Source: Coleofasciculus sp. B1-GNL1-01 (lineage in GTDB: Bacteria > Cyanobacteriota > Cyanobacteriia > Cyanobacteriales > Coleofasciculaceae). From it: a DNA stretch of 64,000 nt. Below are positions 42,834 to 52,940 of the stretch, in pieces. The stretch is taken from the NCBI GenBank assembly GCA_040220235.1, contig JAVJTO010000164.1; one strand, written 5' to 3'. Both the position numbers and the translations under genes were made by a program. Each line of letters begins with the position of its first letter. The first letter of the stretch is position 1. A model generated the notes under the pieces. It searched no databases and had not been told where the DNA came from. It worked only from the letters and a program-made list of their open reading frames with translations.

Positions 42834-44486
42834 ATGACTGCTGCCATTGAATTTGCTTTATTTGCTCCTTACAACGAAGGAGCCTCATTGGTTAGCTGTT
42901 TCTCCAATTGGGAAGAAATTCCCATGCAGAAAGATAAGCAGGGGTATTTTCGCACGTCCGTTGAACTTGAAGATGGTATTTATAAATACAAATTCCGGGT
43001 TAAATCAAAATCTTGGTTTTTTGAAGCTGATCAATGGGTAGAGGTCAATGATCCCTACGCTACCGATATTGAAGATCCGACTCAAAACTGCGTCGTGCGG
43101 CTCAAAGATGGACAACGCATCGTTGATAATTACGTTTGGATGCATGATAATAAACCCCTACCTCCTGACCATGAATTAGTCATCTATGAAATGCATGTCG
43201 GTGACTTTTCCGGTGGCGAAGATGATCCTTATCCACGGGGGAATTACCAGCATGTTATTGAAAAGTTAGATTATCTGGTGGAATTGGGAATTAACGCCAT
43301 TGAGTTAATGCCTATCAAAGAATATCCCGGTGACTACAGTTGGGGGTACAATCCTCGCTACTTCTTTGCTACTGAGTCCAGCTATGGTTCGACAGATGAA
43401 TTGAAACATCTGATCGATGAGTGTCATGGCAAAGGAATTCGGGTAATCATGGACGGGATTTACAACCACTCAGAAGCGGAAAGCCCCCTCACCCAAATTG
43501 ACCATGATTACTGGTATCATAACTCTCCCCGTGACCCAGATAATAACTGGGGACCCGAATTCAACTACGAACATTATGACGAAAAGCTAGAGACTTACCC
43601 AGCGCGGAAGTTTATCGGTGATGTGGTTCGTTTCTGGATCACTGAATATCATATTGATGGCATTCGCTACGACGCTGCGCGACAAATGGCTAGCTACGAT
43701 TTTATGCATTGGATTGTCCAAGAGACTAAAAAAACGGCAGAGGCAAAGCCATTTTACAACGTGGCTGAATACATCCCCGAAAATCCTAGCATCACCAATT
43801 TTGATGGACCGATGGATGGTTGCTGGCATGATAGCTTTTACCACACCGTTAAACCTCACATCTGTGGTGACAGGTTTGAGTTAGAATCCCTTAAGGATGT
43901 AATTGATTGTAAGCGTCAAGGCTACCTGGGAGCGACTAATGTTGTAAATTACCTAAGTAACCACGATCACGAACGCCTGATGGTTGAGTTAGCCAATCGG
44001 GAAATCTTTGATGAAGAAGCTTTCAAACGGCTCAAGTTAGGGGCAGTTTTGTTAATGACAGCAGTCGGTATTCCCTTACTCTGGATGGGTGAAGAGTTCG
44101 GGGAATATCAGCCGAAATCCATTGAATCCAGAAAGATTAATTGGCAACTACTGAGTAATGATTATAATCGCGGGTTGTGCGACTACTATAAAGGGTTAAT
44201 CGGACTGCGAAAAAACAATCAGGCTCTCTATACAGAGAACATTAATTTCTTCTTTGAAGATGCAGACACCAAAGTTATGGCGTATGTGCGCTGGAATGGT
44301 GAAGGCTCTCGTGTTGCTGTCGTTGCCAATTTTTCTGATAATTTCCTCACTGGATATACTCTTTCCAACTTTCCGGAGAATGGAATTTGGCACGAATGGA
44401 CAGGTAACTATGAGGTGGAAGCCAGCAACAACACTTTAACCCTTGACCTTGGCGGATACGAAGCCAAAGTGTTTGTCTGGCAGTAA
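42834..44486 (+). CDS. GH13 alpha-amylase-family glycoside hydrolase with N-terminal CBM48 (branching enzyme/TreZ-like)
   Basis: IYEMHVGDFS, GINAIELMP, WGYNP, DGIYNH, GIRYDA, VAE, NHD. Confidence 0.9.
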   Translation: MTAAIEFALFAPYNEGASLVSCFSNWEEIPMQKDKQGYFRTSVELEDGIYKYKFRVKSKSWFFEADQWVEVNDPYATDIEDPTQNCVVRLKDGQRIVDNYVWMHDNKPLPPDHELVIYEMHVGDFSGGEDDPYPRGNYQHVIEKLDYLVELGINAIELMPIKEYPGDYSWGYNPRYFFATESSYGSTDELKHLIDECHGKGIRVIMDGIYNHSEAESPLTQIDHDYWYHNSPRDPDNNWGPEFNYEHYDEKLETYPARKFIGDVVRFWITEYHIDGIRYDAARQMASYDFMHWIVQETKKTAEAKPFYNVAEYIPENPSITNFDGPMDGCWHDSFYHTVKPHICGDRFELESLKDVIDCKRQGYLGATNVVNYLSNHDHERLMVELANREIFDEEAFKRLKLGAVLLMTAVGIPLLWMGEEFGEYQPKSIESRKINWQLLSNDYNRGLCDYYKGLIGLRKNNQALYTENINFFFEDADTKVMAYVRWNGEGSRVAVVANFSDNFLTGYTLSNFPENGIWHEWTGNYEVEASNNTLTLDLGGYEAKVFVWQ

Positions 44487-44958
44487 GCCATCCAATCCGC
44501 GATCGCATCTTTGTAGGGTGGGCATTGCCCACCCTATTTTTATGAATAACATTGAAATTTTTGTCAACATTATGCCTAAACCACAGGTTGACATAATTTC
44601 ACAATATTACTTATATGATTATACATCAATGTGAGTGCATCTTTTGTACTCTACCTTATTGGTTAAATAGGTATCAGGTACGCACAAGTCCTGTTAGCCA
44701 AACCTTCTGCTTAGGATTAACTCACCACCAGACGTACCCGGTTATTTCTCTACACTCAACACTATCCGACTCCAGAAGAACAGGTTTTGAGGTAACATTA
44801 TCATCAATGGCTAGCGCCAAATAGCCGCTCAAAACCATGCCCGAAAAGCGAAGGGTCAAGTCGGAGCGGGTTTAGTCGCATCTGGGTTAGCCAAGAAAGG
44901 ATAGTCGTCAAACCCGCCCCTACACATTCAAAACCCAAAACTCAAAACTGTTAAACTG

Positions 44959-45336
44959 ATGCCTCAAATTCCTCCACTCAATACCGAAACCCTTTGGCAA
45001 ATCTTGAACGAAGAACTGGATGATGATACCGTCAATCAGCTTGTCTGGCATTATTTGGGGTATCGCTATGACCCAGAAACAAGCCAATGGGATTGTACCA
45101 ACGTACCTCCAGAATGGTACGAAAACTATCCAGAACCCCCCAACTTTATCGAGAGTCGTCCCGCCACCACTAAACTCACTCGTTCAATTCCCAAGGAAAA
45201 TAAACAGTTATTAAAAGAAGAGTTAGGATTTAAAGGCTATAAAATTGGCGAATTTGGTCGGAGACAGACTCGTCGAGCTACGATGGCGAATTGGTTGTTA
45301 AGTTATATGAAAGATACGGGATTGAGCCAAGAGTGA
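44959..45336 (+). CDS. DUF1823-like cyanobacterial protein
   Basis: LVWHYLGYRYD, YPEPP.FI.SRPA..KLTRSIPKENKQLLKEELGFKGY, TRRAT. Confidence 0.8.
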   Translation: MPQIPPLNTETLWQILNEELDDDTVNQLVWHYLGYRYDPETSQWDCTNVPPEWYENYPEPPNFIESRPATTKLTRSIPKENKQLLKEELGFKGYKIGEFGRRQTRRATMANWLLSYMKDTGLSQE

Positions 45337-46991
45337 ATTCATTGATCACGAATAGCATCACCAGCTTAACACTCACAAACCCTGGGCAATGGTTTAGCGA
45401 TCGCCTCTTCCTGGCGGTTCCCGTCAGCGAGAGTAATGGGAATGTGGCGGAAGTCGTCAGTTTCCTGATTATTCTGTTACTCGTCGCTACAGGTGTGGCG
45501 TTGATTTCGCGACGATTCCGTATCCCGTATATTACGGGGTTAGTGTTAGCCGGATTAGCGATTACGGAACTCTTACCCAGTCGCATCGGGTTAGATTCGG
45601 CGCTGATTTTTAATCTCTTTTTACCGATTCTATTATTTGAAGCGGCAATTAATACTGATATTTCCCGCCTCCGCAGCACGATTAAACCGATTGCTTTACT
45701 TGCAGGACCCGGTGTATTGATCTGTTCGGGAATTACTTCAGTTTTATTGAAACTCGAATTAGGTCTTGATTGGATACCCGCTGCGATGGTGGGTGTGATT
45801 TTATCCATTACCGATACCGCTTTAGTCATTGCTGTCTTTAAAGAAGTTTCGGTTCCTCACCGACTGGTGACTCTGGTTGAGGGAGAAAGCCTCCTCAACG
45901 ATGATGTCGCCTTGGTCTTATTTAGCCTAATTTTGACGATGCATGAAACGGGAGCCTTATCCGCGCTGGATGTGATTCAAGAATTTTTATTCGTGTTAAT
46001 TGGCGGGGCTTTAGTCGGCGCGGCGTTGGGATATCTGAGTATTGGCTTATTGAGCCAAACGCAAGATCCCTTGGGCGGACTTTTGCTCACCGTTGCTCTC
46101 GCCTTAGGTGCATTTCAAGCGGGAGAATTATTACACGTATCCGGTGTTGTTGCTGTAGTCATCGCTGGACTCATTGTCGGTAATTTTGAACATTCACAAG
46201 TAACATCAGCATCGAATCAAGTTACGTTATTTAGCTTCTGGGAATATGCGGGGTTTGGCGTGAATACGTTTATTTTCTTGCTGATTGGCTTAGAGATAAA
46301 TATTATTACCATTTGGCAGACTTTACCCGCTATACTTTTAGCCTTTATTGCCTATCAAGGGGGGCGTCTTCTCACCGTTTATCCGTTGTTAGCATTCGTC
46401 CGTTTTTTTGACAAACCAATTCCGATGCGTTGGCGACATATCCTATTAGCTGGTAATATTAAAGGTTCCCTCTCCACCGCCTTAGCCTTGAGTCTACCTG
46501 CTGATTTACCCGGACGAGAGACGCTGCTGGCGATCGTTTTGGGAATTGTTTTGGTTTCTTTGGTGGGACAGGGGTTAAGTTTACCATGGGTGGTACGGCA
46601 TTTAAAGTTATCCTATCGGTCAGAATCCTATCAACAAATTGAGGAATTGCAAGCTCAATTGATGACAGCTAAAGCGGCACAAGATGAATTAGCGAGTCTC
46701 CTGAAAACTGGAGTATTACCGAAATCAATTTACGAAGAAATGCGAGCCTCCTATCAACTGCGAGTCGCCACCGCTGATAGAACCTTGCGAGAAATCTATA
46801 ACCAACGTTCAGAAAATTCACCCGAAAATCGCAGCGATCGCACGAAACTAGAAGCCATTCGTCGGCAATTACTTTTAGCAGAAAAAGGGGCATTAACAGA
46901 TGCCCTGCGTAAGCGGATTCTGTCTGAAGTCGTGGTACAAAAGCGGATTAAACAAATTGATGAGCTGTTGTTAAAATTAGAAGATGATTAG
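45333..46991 (+). CDS. CPA1 (NhaP-type) Na+/H+ antiporter
   Basis: FLPILLFEAA, LSITD, VEGESLLND, SGVVAVV, FWEY; a probable GTG start overlaps the upstream stop (GTGA). Confidence 0.9.
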   Translation: MNSLITNSITSLTLTNPGQWFSDRLFLAVPVSESNGNVAEVVSFLIILLLVATGVALISRRFRIPYITGLVLAGLAITELLPSRIGLDSALIFNLFLPILLFEAAINTDISRLRSTIKPIALLAGPGVLICSGITSVLLKLELGLDWIPAAMVGVILSITDTALVIAVFKEVSVPHRLVTLVEGESLLNDDVALVLFSLILTMHETGALSALDVIQEFLFVLIGGALVGAALGYLSIGLLSQTQDPLGGLLLTVALALGAFQAGELLHVSGVVAVVIAGLIVGNFEHSQVTSASNQVTLFSFWEYAGFGVNTFIFLLIGLEINIITIWQTLPAILLAFIAYQGGRLLTVYPLLAFVRFFDKPIPMRWRHILLAGNIKGSLSTALALSLPADLPGRETLLAIVLGIVLVSLVGQGLSLPWVVRHLKLSYRSESYQQIEELQAQLMTAKAAQDELASLLKTGVLPKSIYEEMRASYQLRVATADRTLREIYNQRSENSPENRSDRTKLEAIRRQLLLAEKGALTDALRKRILSEVVVQKRIKQIDELLLKLEDD

Positions 46992-47400
46992 TGCAGCACG
47001 GAACTGTAGGGGCGGGTTTAGAGACCAACGTAATGCATCTAACGAATAACTGTACAACAAAACCCGCCCTTATCCTGGTTAATAATTGCCTCTCGCTGAT
47101 TTAATGACCTGCGTTCAATAGGGTTTCAGCAGTAAGATTCAGTTCAGGAGAGGAACAAACTGCAAGAGTAAAAAAGTCGCGATCGCAACGTTTTCTCCTG
47201 ATTCTGGTGGCACTTCGATCAGCTTTCCGTTATACAATTCGTAGAGCTTGTCTGTCCCGTCATCATAAGACAGATAGTCATTAAAGCTGGAAAATCTTAG
47301 CTGAGCTTGAATCATTTGTCATTTGTCATTTGTCATTTGTCATTTGTCATTCGTCATTTGTAAATTCTCTCCCCCATCTCCCCCATCTCCCCCATCTTCC

Positions 47401-48129
47401 TCATCTCCCTTCCCTGTTCCCTGTTCCCTCAATCGATGAAAGTGGTGCAAGTTTAGAACCAACCCCTAAAAAATCGATGACTTGGTGTAACAATTCCGCT
47501 TTTGTCACCACGAGTATCGTTGATCCGGGTTCAAGTACCGTATTGTCATTGGGAATCACTAAATCTGCATGAGGATGGGATTGATAACCAATAATTAAAG
47601 ACCCCTCTGGAAACCGAGAATCCTGAATCACTTGAGCCACAGTACGCCCTGCAACATCCGATTCCCCCGGTACTCCCAGTTTAAACACTTCTACTTGACC
47701 CTGTTCATAGTGCATAATCGATTCCACTTCCGGATATTCGATCGCATTGACCATGCGATTGACGGCTAAGTCAACTGTGCTAATGATATGATGAGCGCCC
47801 GCAATCCGTAGAGGCTCCTTAAAATCCCGTTGGCGGATGCGACTAACAATATGGGGAACACCAAAATGTTTAGCCAAAGTAACCATTGCCAGATTTAACG
47901 CATCATCTCGCAGCACCGCCGCCATCGCATCGGCTTTGCGAATCCCGGCTTCGAGTAACACTTGGGTGGTGACAGCACTCCCTTCAAATGCCATCACCCC
48001 CACTTGTTCGCGAGCATACCGACAAGCCGCAGGGTCTGCATCAATAATCGCGATCGTATGTCCTAATTCCACTAACTGCTGGGCTAAACTCAATCCCACT
48101 AATCCCGCGCCGCCGATTAATACGTACAT
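47401..48129 (-). CDS. TrkA/KtrA-family RCK protein
   Basis: IGGAGLVG Rossmann motif, AGIRKAD, TrkA_C-like C-terminus. Confidence 0.9.
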   Translation of the reverse strand: MYVLIGGAGLVGLSLAQQLVELGHTIAIIDADPAACRYAREQVGVMAFEGSAVTTQVLLEAGIRKADAMAAVLRDDALNLAMVTLAKHFGVPHIVSRIRQRDFKEPLRIAGAHHIISTVDLAVNRMVNAIEYPEVESIMHYEQGQVEVFKLGVPGESDVAGRTVAQVIQDSRFPEGSLIIGYQSHPHADLVIPNDNTVLEPGSTILVVTKAELLHQVIDFLGVGSKLAPLSSIEGTGNREGR

Positions 48130-48163
48130 GATTCGTTTAGCTCGCTCCTAGACTTTATGTCAC

Positions 48164-48271
48164 GTAGGGTGCGTTAGCGAAAGCGTAACGCACCGTTATT
48201 GATTGGTGCGTTACGGCGCAAAAGGTTAAAAAGCCCCACTATATGTCAAGCCAGCGCCTAACGCACCCTAC
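48164..48271. repeat. GTAG REP doublet
   Basis: gtagggtgcgttag...taacgcacc...ggtgcgttac...ctaacgcaccctac. Confidence 0.8.
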
Positions 48272-48435
48272 GGGATATCCATTTCCCATGGTGTCTCAGT
48301 CGAATCAACCACAAACGCCCCTGTTCCTAGACGTAGCAGGCTACGTCTATACATCCTTAGCGGATGACAGAGGCTGACGAAAAATGGTACAACATCTTAG
48401 TTTACATAAACGGGATGATTAAGTGAGGAAGCGGA

Positions 48436-49911
48436 ATGTACATTATCCAGGTTGCCTCTGAATGCGCCCCTGTGATCAAAGCCGGCGGCTTAGGGGATGT
48501 GGTATATGGTCTGAGTCGGGAATTAGAGATTCAGGGGCATTGCATTGAGCTAATTCTGCCCAAATACGACAACATGCGCTATGACCACATCTGGGGACTC
48601 CATGATGCCTATATTAATCTATGGGTACCCTGGTACGGTGCAGCGATTCACTGTTCTGTCTATTGTGGTTGGGTTCATGGACGAGTCTGTTTCTTTATCG
48701 AACCTCATTCCCAGGATAATTTCTTCAATCGTGGCTGCTACTACGGTTGTGATGACGATAACATGCGGTTTGCTTTCTTTTGTAAAGCCACTTTAGAGTT
48801 TCTGCTTCAGAGTAATAAGCGTCCTGATGTGATCCACTGTCACGATTGGCAGACGGGTTTACTCCCAGTCATGCTGTTTGAGATCTATAAATATCATGGC
48901 ATGGCAAATCAACGGATATGCTACACCATTCATAACTTTAAACACCAAGGAATGGGGGGAAGTGAAATCCTGTGGGCAACCGGGTTGAATCGAGAAGGCT
49001 ATTATTTTCAGGATGATCGCCTGAAAGATAATTTTAATCCCTTTGCCTTAAACTTTATGAAAGGCGGTATTGTTTACGCCAATGCGATAACGACAGTTTC
49101 TCCCCATCATGCCTGGGAAGCTCGGTTCACGCCCATCGGATGTGGGTTAGGTCATACATTACATTTACATCAGGATAAGTTTACCGGAATTCTCAACGGC
49201 ATTAATGATGATTTTTGGAATCCGGAACAAGACCGCTATATTCCCTATCACTACGCCCCGGATAGTTTTGAAGACAAAGCGAAAAATAAAAAAGCGTTGC
49301 GGGAACGGCTGTTAATTCAAGATGCTAATAAACCAATTGTGGCGTTTATTGGTCGTTTAGATGATCAAAAAGGTGTTCATCTTGTCCATCATGCTATCTA
49401 TTACTCTCTGCACAAGGGCGCTCAATTCGTTTTGTTAGGGTCAGCAACAGCGGCGGCAATTAATTCCTGGTTCTGGCACGAAAAATACTACTTAAATGAT
49501 AACCCTGATGTCCATTTGGAACTGGGCTTTAATGAGGAATTATCTCATTTGATTTATGCTGGAGCCGATTTTATGCTAGTTCCGAGTAATTACGAACCCT
49601 GCGGATTGACTCAGATCATTGGCTTAAAGTACGGAACCGTGCCAATTGTGCGGAGTGTAGGGGGACTGGTCAATACCGTGTTTGACCGCGATCACGACTT
49701 GACTCATCCCATGGACAAACGCAATGGATATGTATTCAGTCACACCGATTACTATGCGTTAGAATCCGCGATGGATCGGGCGTTGGGATTGTGGTATGAC
49801 TATCCAGAAGAGTTCCGTAAACTGGCGATTCAAGGTATGGCGTATGATTACTCGTGGAGTGCTTCGGCATCTAAGTATGTGAAAATCTATGACATGATCC
49901 GACATCAATAG
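48436..49911 (+). CDS. glgA: Glycogen synthase
   Basis: KAGGLGDV, HCHDWQ, TIHN, GRLDDQKG, EPCGLTQ, VGGLVNTV. Confidence 0.96.
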   Translation: MYIIQVASECAPVIKAGGLGDVVYGLSRELEIQGHCIELILPKYDNMRYDHIWGLHDAYINLWVPWYGAAIHCSVYCGWVHGRVCFFIEPHSQDNFFNRGCYYGCDDDNMRFAFFCKATLEFLLQSNKRPDVIHCHDWQTGLLPVMLFEIYKYHGMANQRICYTIHNFKHQGMGGSEILWATGLNREGYYFQDDRLKDNFNPFALNFMKGGIVYANAITTVSPHHAWEARFTPIGCGLGHTLHLHQDKFTGILNGINDDFWNPEQDRYIPYHYAPDSFEDKAKNKKALRERLLIQDANKPIVAFIGRLDDQKGVHLVHHAIYYSLHKGAQFVLLGSATAAAINSWFWHEKYYLNDNPDVHLELGFNEELSHLIYAGADFMLVPSNYEPCGLTQIIGLKYGTVPIVRSVGGLVNTVFDRDHDLTHPMDKRNGYVFSHTDYYALESAMDRALGLWYDYPEEFRKLAIQGMAYDYSWSASASKYVKIYDMIRHQ

Positions 49912-50270
49912 GGGTTGCTGAATCAGTGGTGAGGTGAGGGAGATAGCGGAATATATTGTTTATTTGGAGGGGATTTCAGCCTACATTCGGCAAATATTTA
50001 AACAGGATTGAACAAACACAAGCCGACGATGCTGTAGGGGCGACCCGCCTGCCTCAATGAACGCTACCCATCCACTCAATTGTATCGGGTCGCCCTTTAC
50101 TCAAACTGATTGAATTGTTAAAATACGCCAAGGGTATCGTGATATTGATGTTAACTAAAACCCCTCACCTCCAGCCCCTCTCCCACTCTGGGGAGAGGGG
50201 AGCAAGAGGGATGTAAAATGGAAGTGGCTTAGAGACATATCATAATGTATTGAACAGTAATATAGCAATC

Positions 50271-50453
50271 CTATTTGAGTCGTGTCCAAAAATCACATCC
50301 AATAGTCCAAGTCAATCCATAAAGACCAATCCAGAAGTTGCTGTATCGTCTCTGGCTTCTTGCTAACTGTGATAGAATTTGGGTAGCATTATTGATTGAG
50401 CGGTTGACTGGAATAAACATAGACCGCTCTTTTTTACCACAAAACAAACCCAT
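50271..50453 (-). pseudogene. Degenerate IS4-like transposase C-terminal fragment
   Basis: RRYSNFWIGLYGLTW resembles the RRHSxFxIGLYGxTW tail of cyanobacterial IS4-type transposases (recalled, not searched). Confidence 0.45.
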
Positions 50454-50538
50454 TTCTTGTTAATTTTTGGAAAAAGTCAAAAAATTATTGTCTATTGCTT
50501 TTACTCTGAGCGATACATTCTTTCTTACTGAAGTTCCC

Positions 50539-50778
50539 CCAGCCGAAGAGCAAACCAAGAGCGATCGCGCTCTCAATAATACCATTGCCTTAGCTGGGAT
50601 TGTGCTGGGGATTAGCGGCTTAACCGCTACCGCAATTTCCGTACAACAACCCCAGCCGAAATCCTACACCGATGTTTCGTTTTTATCCTCACCCATTTTT
50701 ATCTGGAGTCTCGGTTTAAGCTTTCCGTTTATCATCTTCCTCTTCTATCGCTTCATCGCTGATCTGTGGCGACGTTAA
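50539..50778 (+). pseudogene. 3' remnant of a membrane protein with two C-terminal TM helices
   Basis: EEQTKSDRALNNTIALAGIVLG... reads like a C-terminal region; no convincing start. Confidence 0.4.
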
Positions 50779-50841
50779 TCAATCCGGAATCAGGAGTCAT
50801 GGTGATTTTACCGGATATTATATTCCACTGTTATCGATCGC

Positions 50842-52572
50842 CTAAAAAGGCTGAAAAAGAATAGAAAAGGTAATTCCATTATCTTGTAGAGAACCGCCTT
50901 CATCTTCAACGCTATTGAGGGGAATTCCCCAATACAGTTGTGCTGACCACGACGGATCACGTTGCCACAACAGTCCTAACCCAAGACTGGCTAAGGTGTT
51001 AGGATTAGTCACCTCATCCTCGTGGTTCCAAACCGTGCCAATATCGAAAAACGGAGCAATTTGCACAGTTCCAATGCCCTCAGGTTGGCTGATAATCGGG
51101 AAACGAACTTCCACAGAACCAATAATTCCATTGTCAGCCACGCGCTGATTTTGGCGATACCCTCGCACGGTATCAATTCCACCAATACTGAACTGTTCTA
51201 GCGGTAAGAGCGAATCATTCGACAGTTGCGCTCCCGCACGAGCAATAATGATACTATCAGCCCCTAAAGCCTGCACCCACTGAAACTGTCCCACCCAACT
51301 CATAAACCGCCCATCAGTACCCGTATCATTGATGGTGGCGTCAAACGCATCCAAGCCAAAACTAAACTGCGATCGCGCGGCTAAGACGCGATCAGTGGAA
51401 CGGTTAAGCCAGTCTTGACTAAACCGCACCACAGTGACTTTCGATTCCCCGTCTTCGGGTCCCAGGGAAAAGGAAAACGGGATATCATCCAGGACAAAGG
51501 TTTGGCTTTGACGCAAATCCAGGGACAAGGATAAGGCAAAGTCACTCGTCGGCGTATGGACAATTGGTTGGCGAAATCCCACAGACAAGGTTTCTGAGTT
51601 AGAGTTAATATCTAAGACTGAAAACGGATCTTCAACAATATCACTATCGCTACGGTTATAGCTGAGACTTAACGTACCATCCCTGGGATTGAGAGGGATT
51701 TCATAGCTCAGACTATACTGATCCACCCCTTCGGTTATGCCATAATCGGCACTGATGCGATCGCCTAATCCCAATAGATTCCGATTCTCTATTCTCACTG
51801 TTCCCCCCAAGGAACCGACACTGGGAGAGTCTCGATTCTCTATAGTCACAGAACTCATCCAAGGTTTTGCCTCTTCTATCTCTAGGGTTAACACACTGGT
51901 TCCAGCCATGGTTCCTGCTGATAACTCGGCTTGAATTTGATCGAGTACCGGATCAAGTTGCAGCAGTTGCAGCGCTTCCTCTAAGCGACGAATATTCACC
52001 GGGGTTTGCGTCGCCAACTGAATCCGCGATCGCACGTAATCATCCCGCAAACGCTCTAATCCTTGAATATCAATGCGTTCAAGGCTCCCTTCAACCACCT
52101 GAATGCTCACCACACCATCGGTAATATCCTGAGACGGGAGAAATGCACCGGAAGTGGTGTAGCCATTGTCTGTATATAACTCGGTAATCGCCGTGCGAAT
52201 CGCTAAGAGTTCTTCAAACGAAGCATTTTGACCAATAAAGGGTGCAACAGCATCTTGCAATTGTTCTGAGGAAAAAACCGTACTCCCTAATACCTCAACT
52301 CGTTCAACCGTGACATTAACCTCCACATCGGGTGATGGCGTCAGAAAGGGTTCTGGGGTGGGTGTGAGGGGGGGAAGTGATGGAGGCATCTCTGGGGGCG
52401 TCGTCGGCAAAGAAGGCAGATTGGGACGAGTGGGTTCCAGGATACCCGGTGGAATCTCTGGAGTCGTTTGGCTCATCGATGGCAAGTCTTGAGCTAAGGC
52501 GATACCACTCCAGCTCAAGTACACCAGATTTAAAGCCCAAAGAAACCGTTTAAACATAAACCAGTAGCGCAA
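50842..52572 (-). CDS. TpsB (ShlB/FhaC/HecB) two-partner secretion transporter
   Basis: Signal peptide, POTRA (YTDNGYTTSGA, IQVVEG), barrel motif GGIDTVRGY, C-terminal F; start possibly 52557. Confidence 0.93.
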   Translation of the reverse strand: MRYWFMFKRFLWALNLVYLSWSGIALAQDLPSMSQTTPEIPPGILEPTRPNLPSLPTTPPEMPPSLPPLTPTPEPFLTPSPDVEVNVTVERVEVLGSTVFSSEQLQDAVAPFIGQNASFEELLAIRTAITELYTDNGYTTSGAFLPSQDITDGVVSIQVVEGSLERIDIQGLERLRDDYVRSRIQLATQTPVNIRRLEEALQLLQLDPVLDQIQAELSAGTMAGTSVLTLEIEEAKPWMSSVTIENRDSPSVGSLGGTVRIENRNLLGLGDRISADYGITEGVDQYSLSYEIPLNPRDGTLSLSYNRSDSDIVEDPFSVLDINSNSETLSVGFRQPIVHTPTSDFALSLSLDLRQSQTFVLDDIPFSFSLGPEDGESKVTVVRFSQDWLNRSTDRVLAARSQFSFGLDAFDATINDTGTDGRFMSWVGQFQWVQALGADSIIIARAGAQLSNDSLLPLEQFSIGGIDTVRGYRQNQRVADNGIIGSVEVRFPIISQPEGIGTVQIAPFFDIGTVWNHEDEVTNPNTLASLGLGLLWQRDPSWSAQLYWGIPLNSVEDEGGSLQDNGITFSILFQPF

Positions 52573-52940
52573 AGGTCATCAGTTGACAAGGATGCAGAGA
52601 AACCCCGGACTGTTGATCGCAAAAGGGAGAGGGTAAGCAGCAGAGAATAAACGGTTGATTCGAGTATCGGGTTGTCAGAGCCGTTAATCCTGTCCTAATT
52701 ATTCTGACGATCGCTATCAAGCATTTAGTGAGCCAAAACCTCAATTGATCCCCCATAGCATTCATACTCGGTAATATTCTTTTATTTCTTGTTCTACTTT
52801 CAGCATCAGTGACCGGAAGAAATACAATATAGTAGCAGCTTAGGAGACGCTTTGTCCCCTGTTTTTATCCGTTGAGAAACCCAAAAACCCTCAAATTCAG
52901 ACTCCCCAGTTCAGATCAAAATTTTATAAAATAGAGTTAA

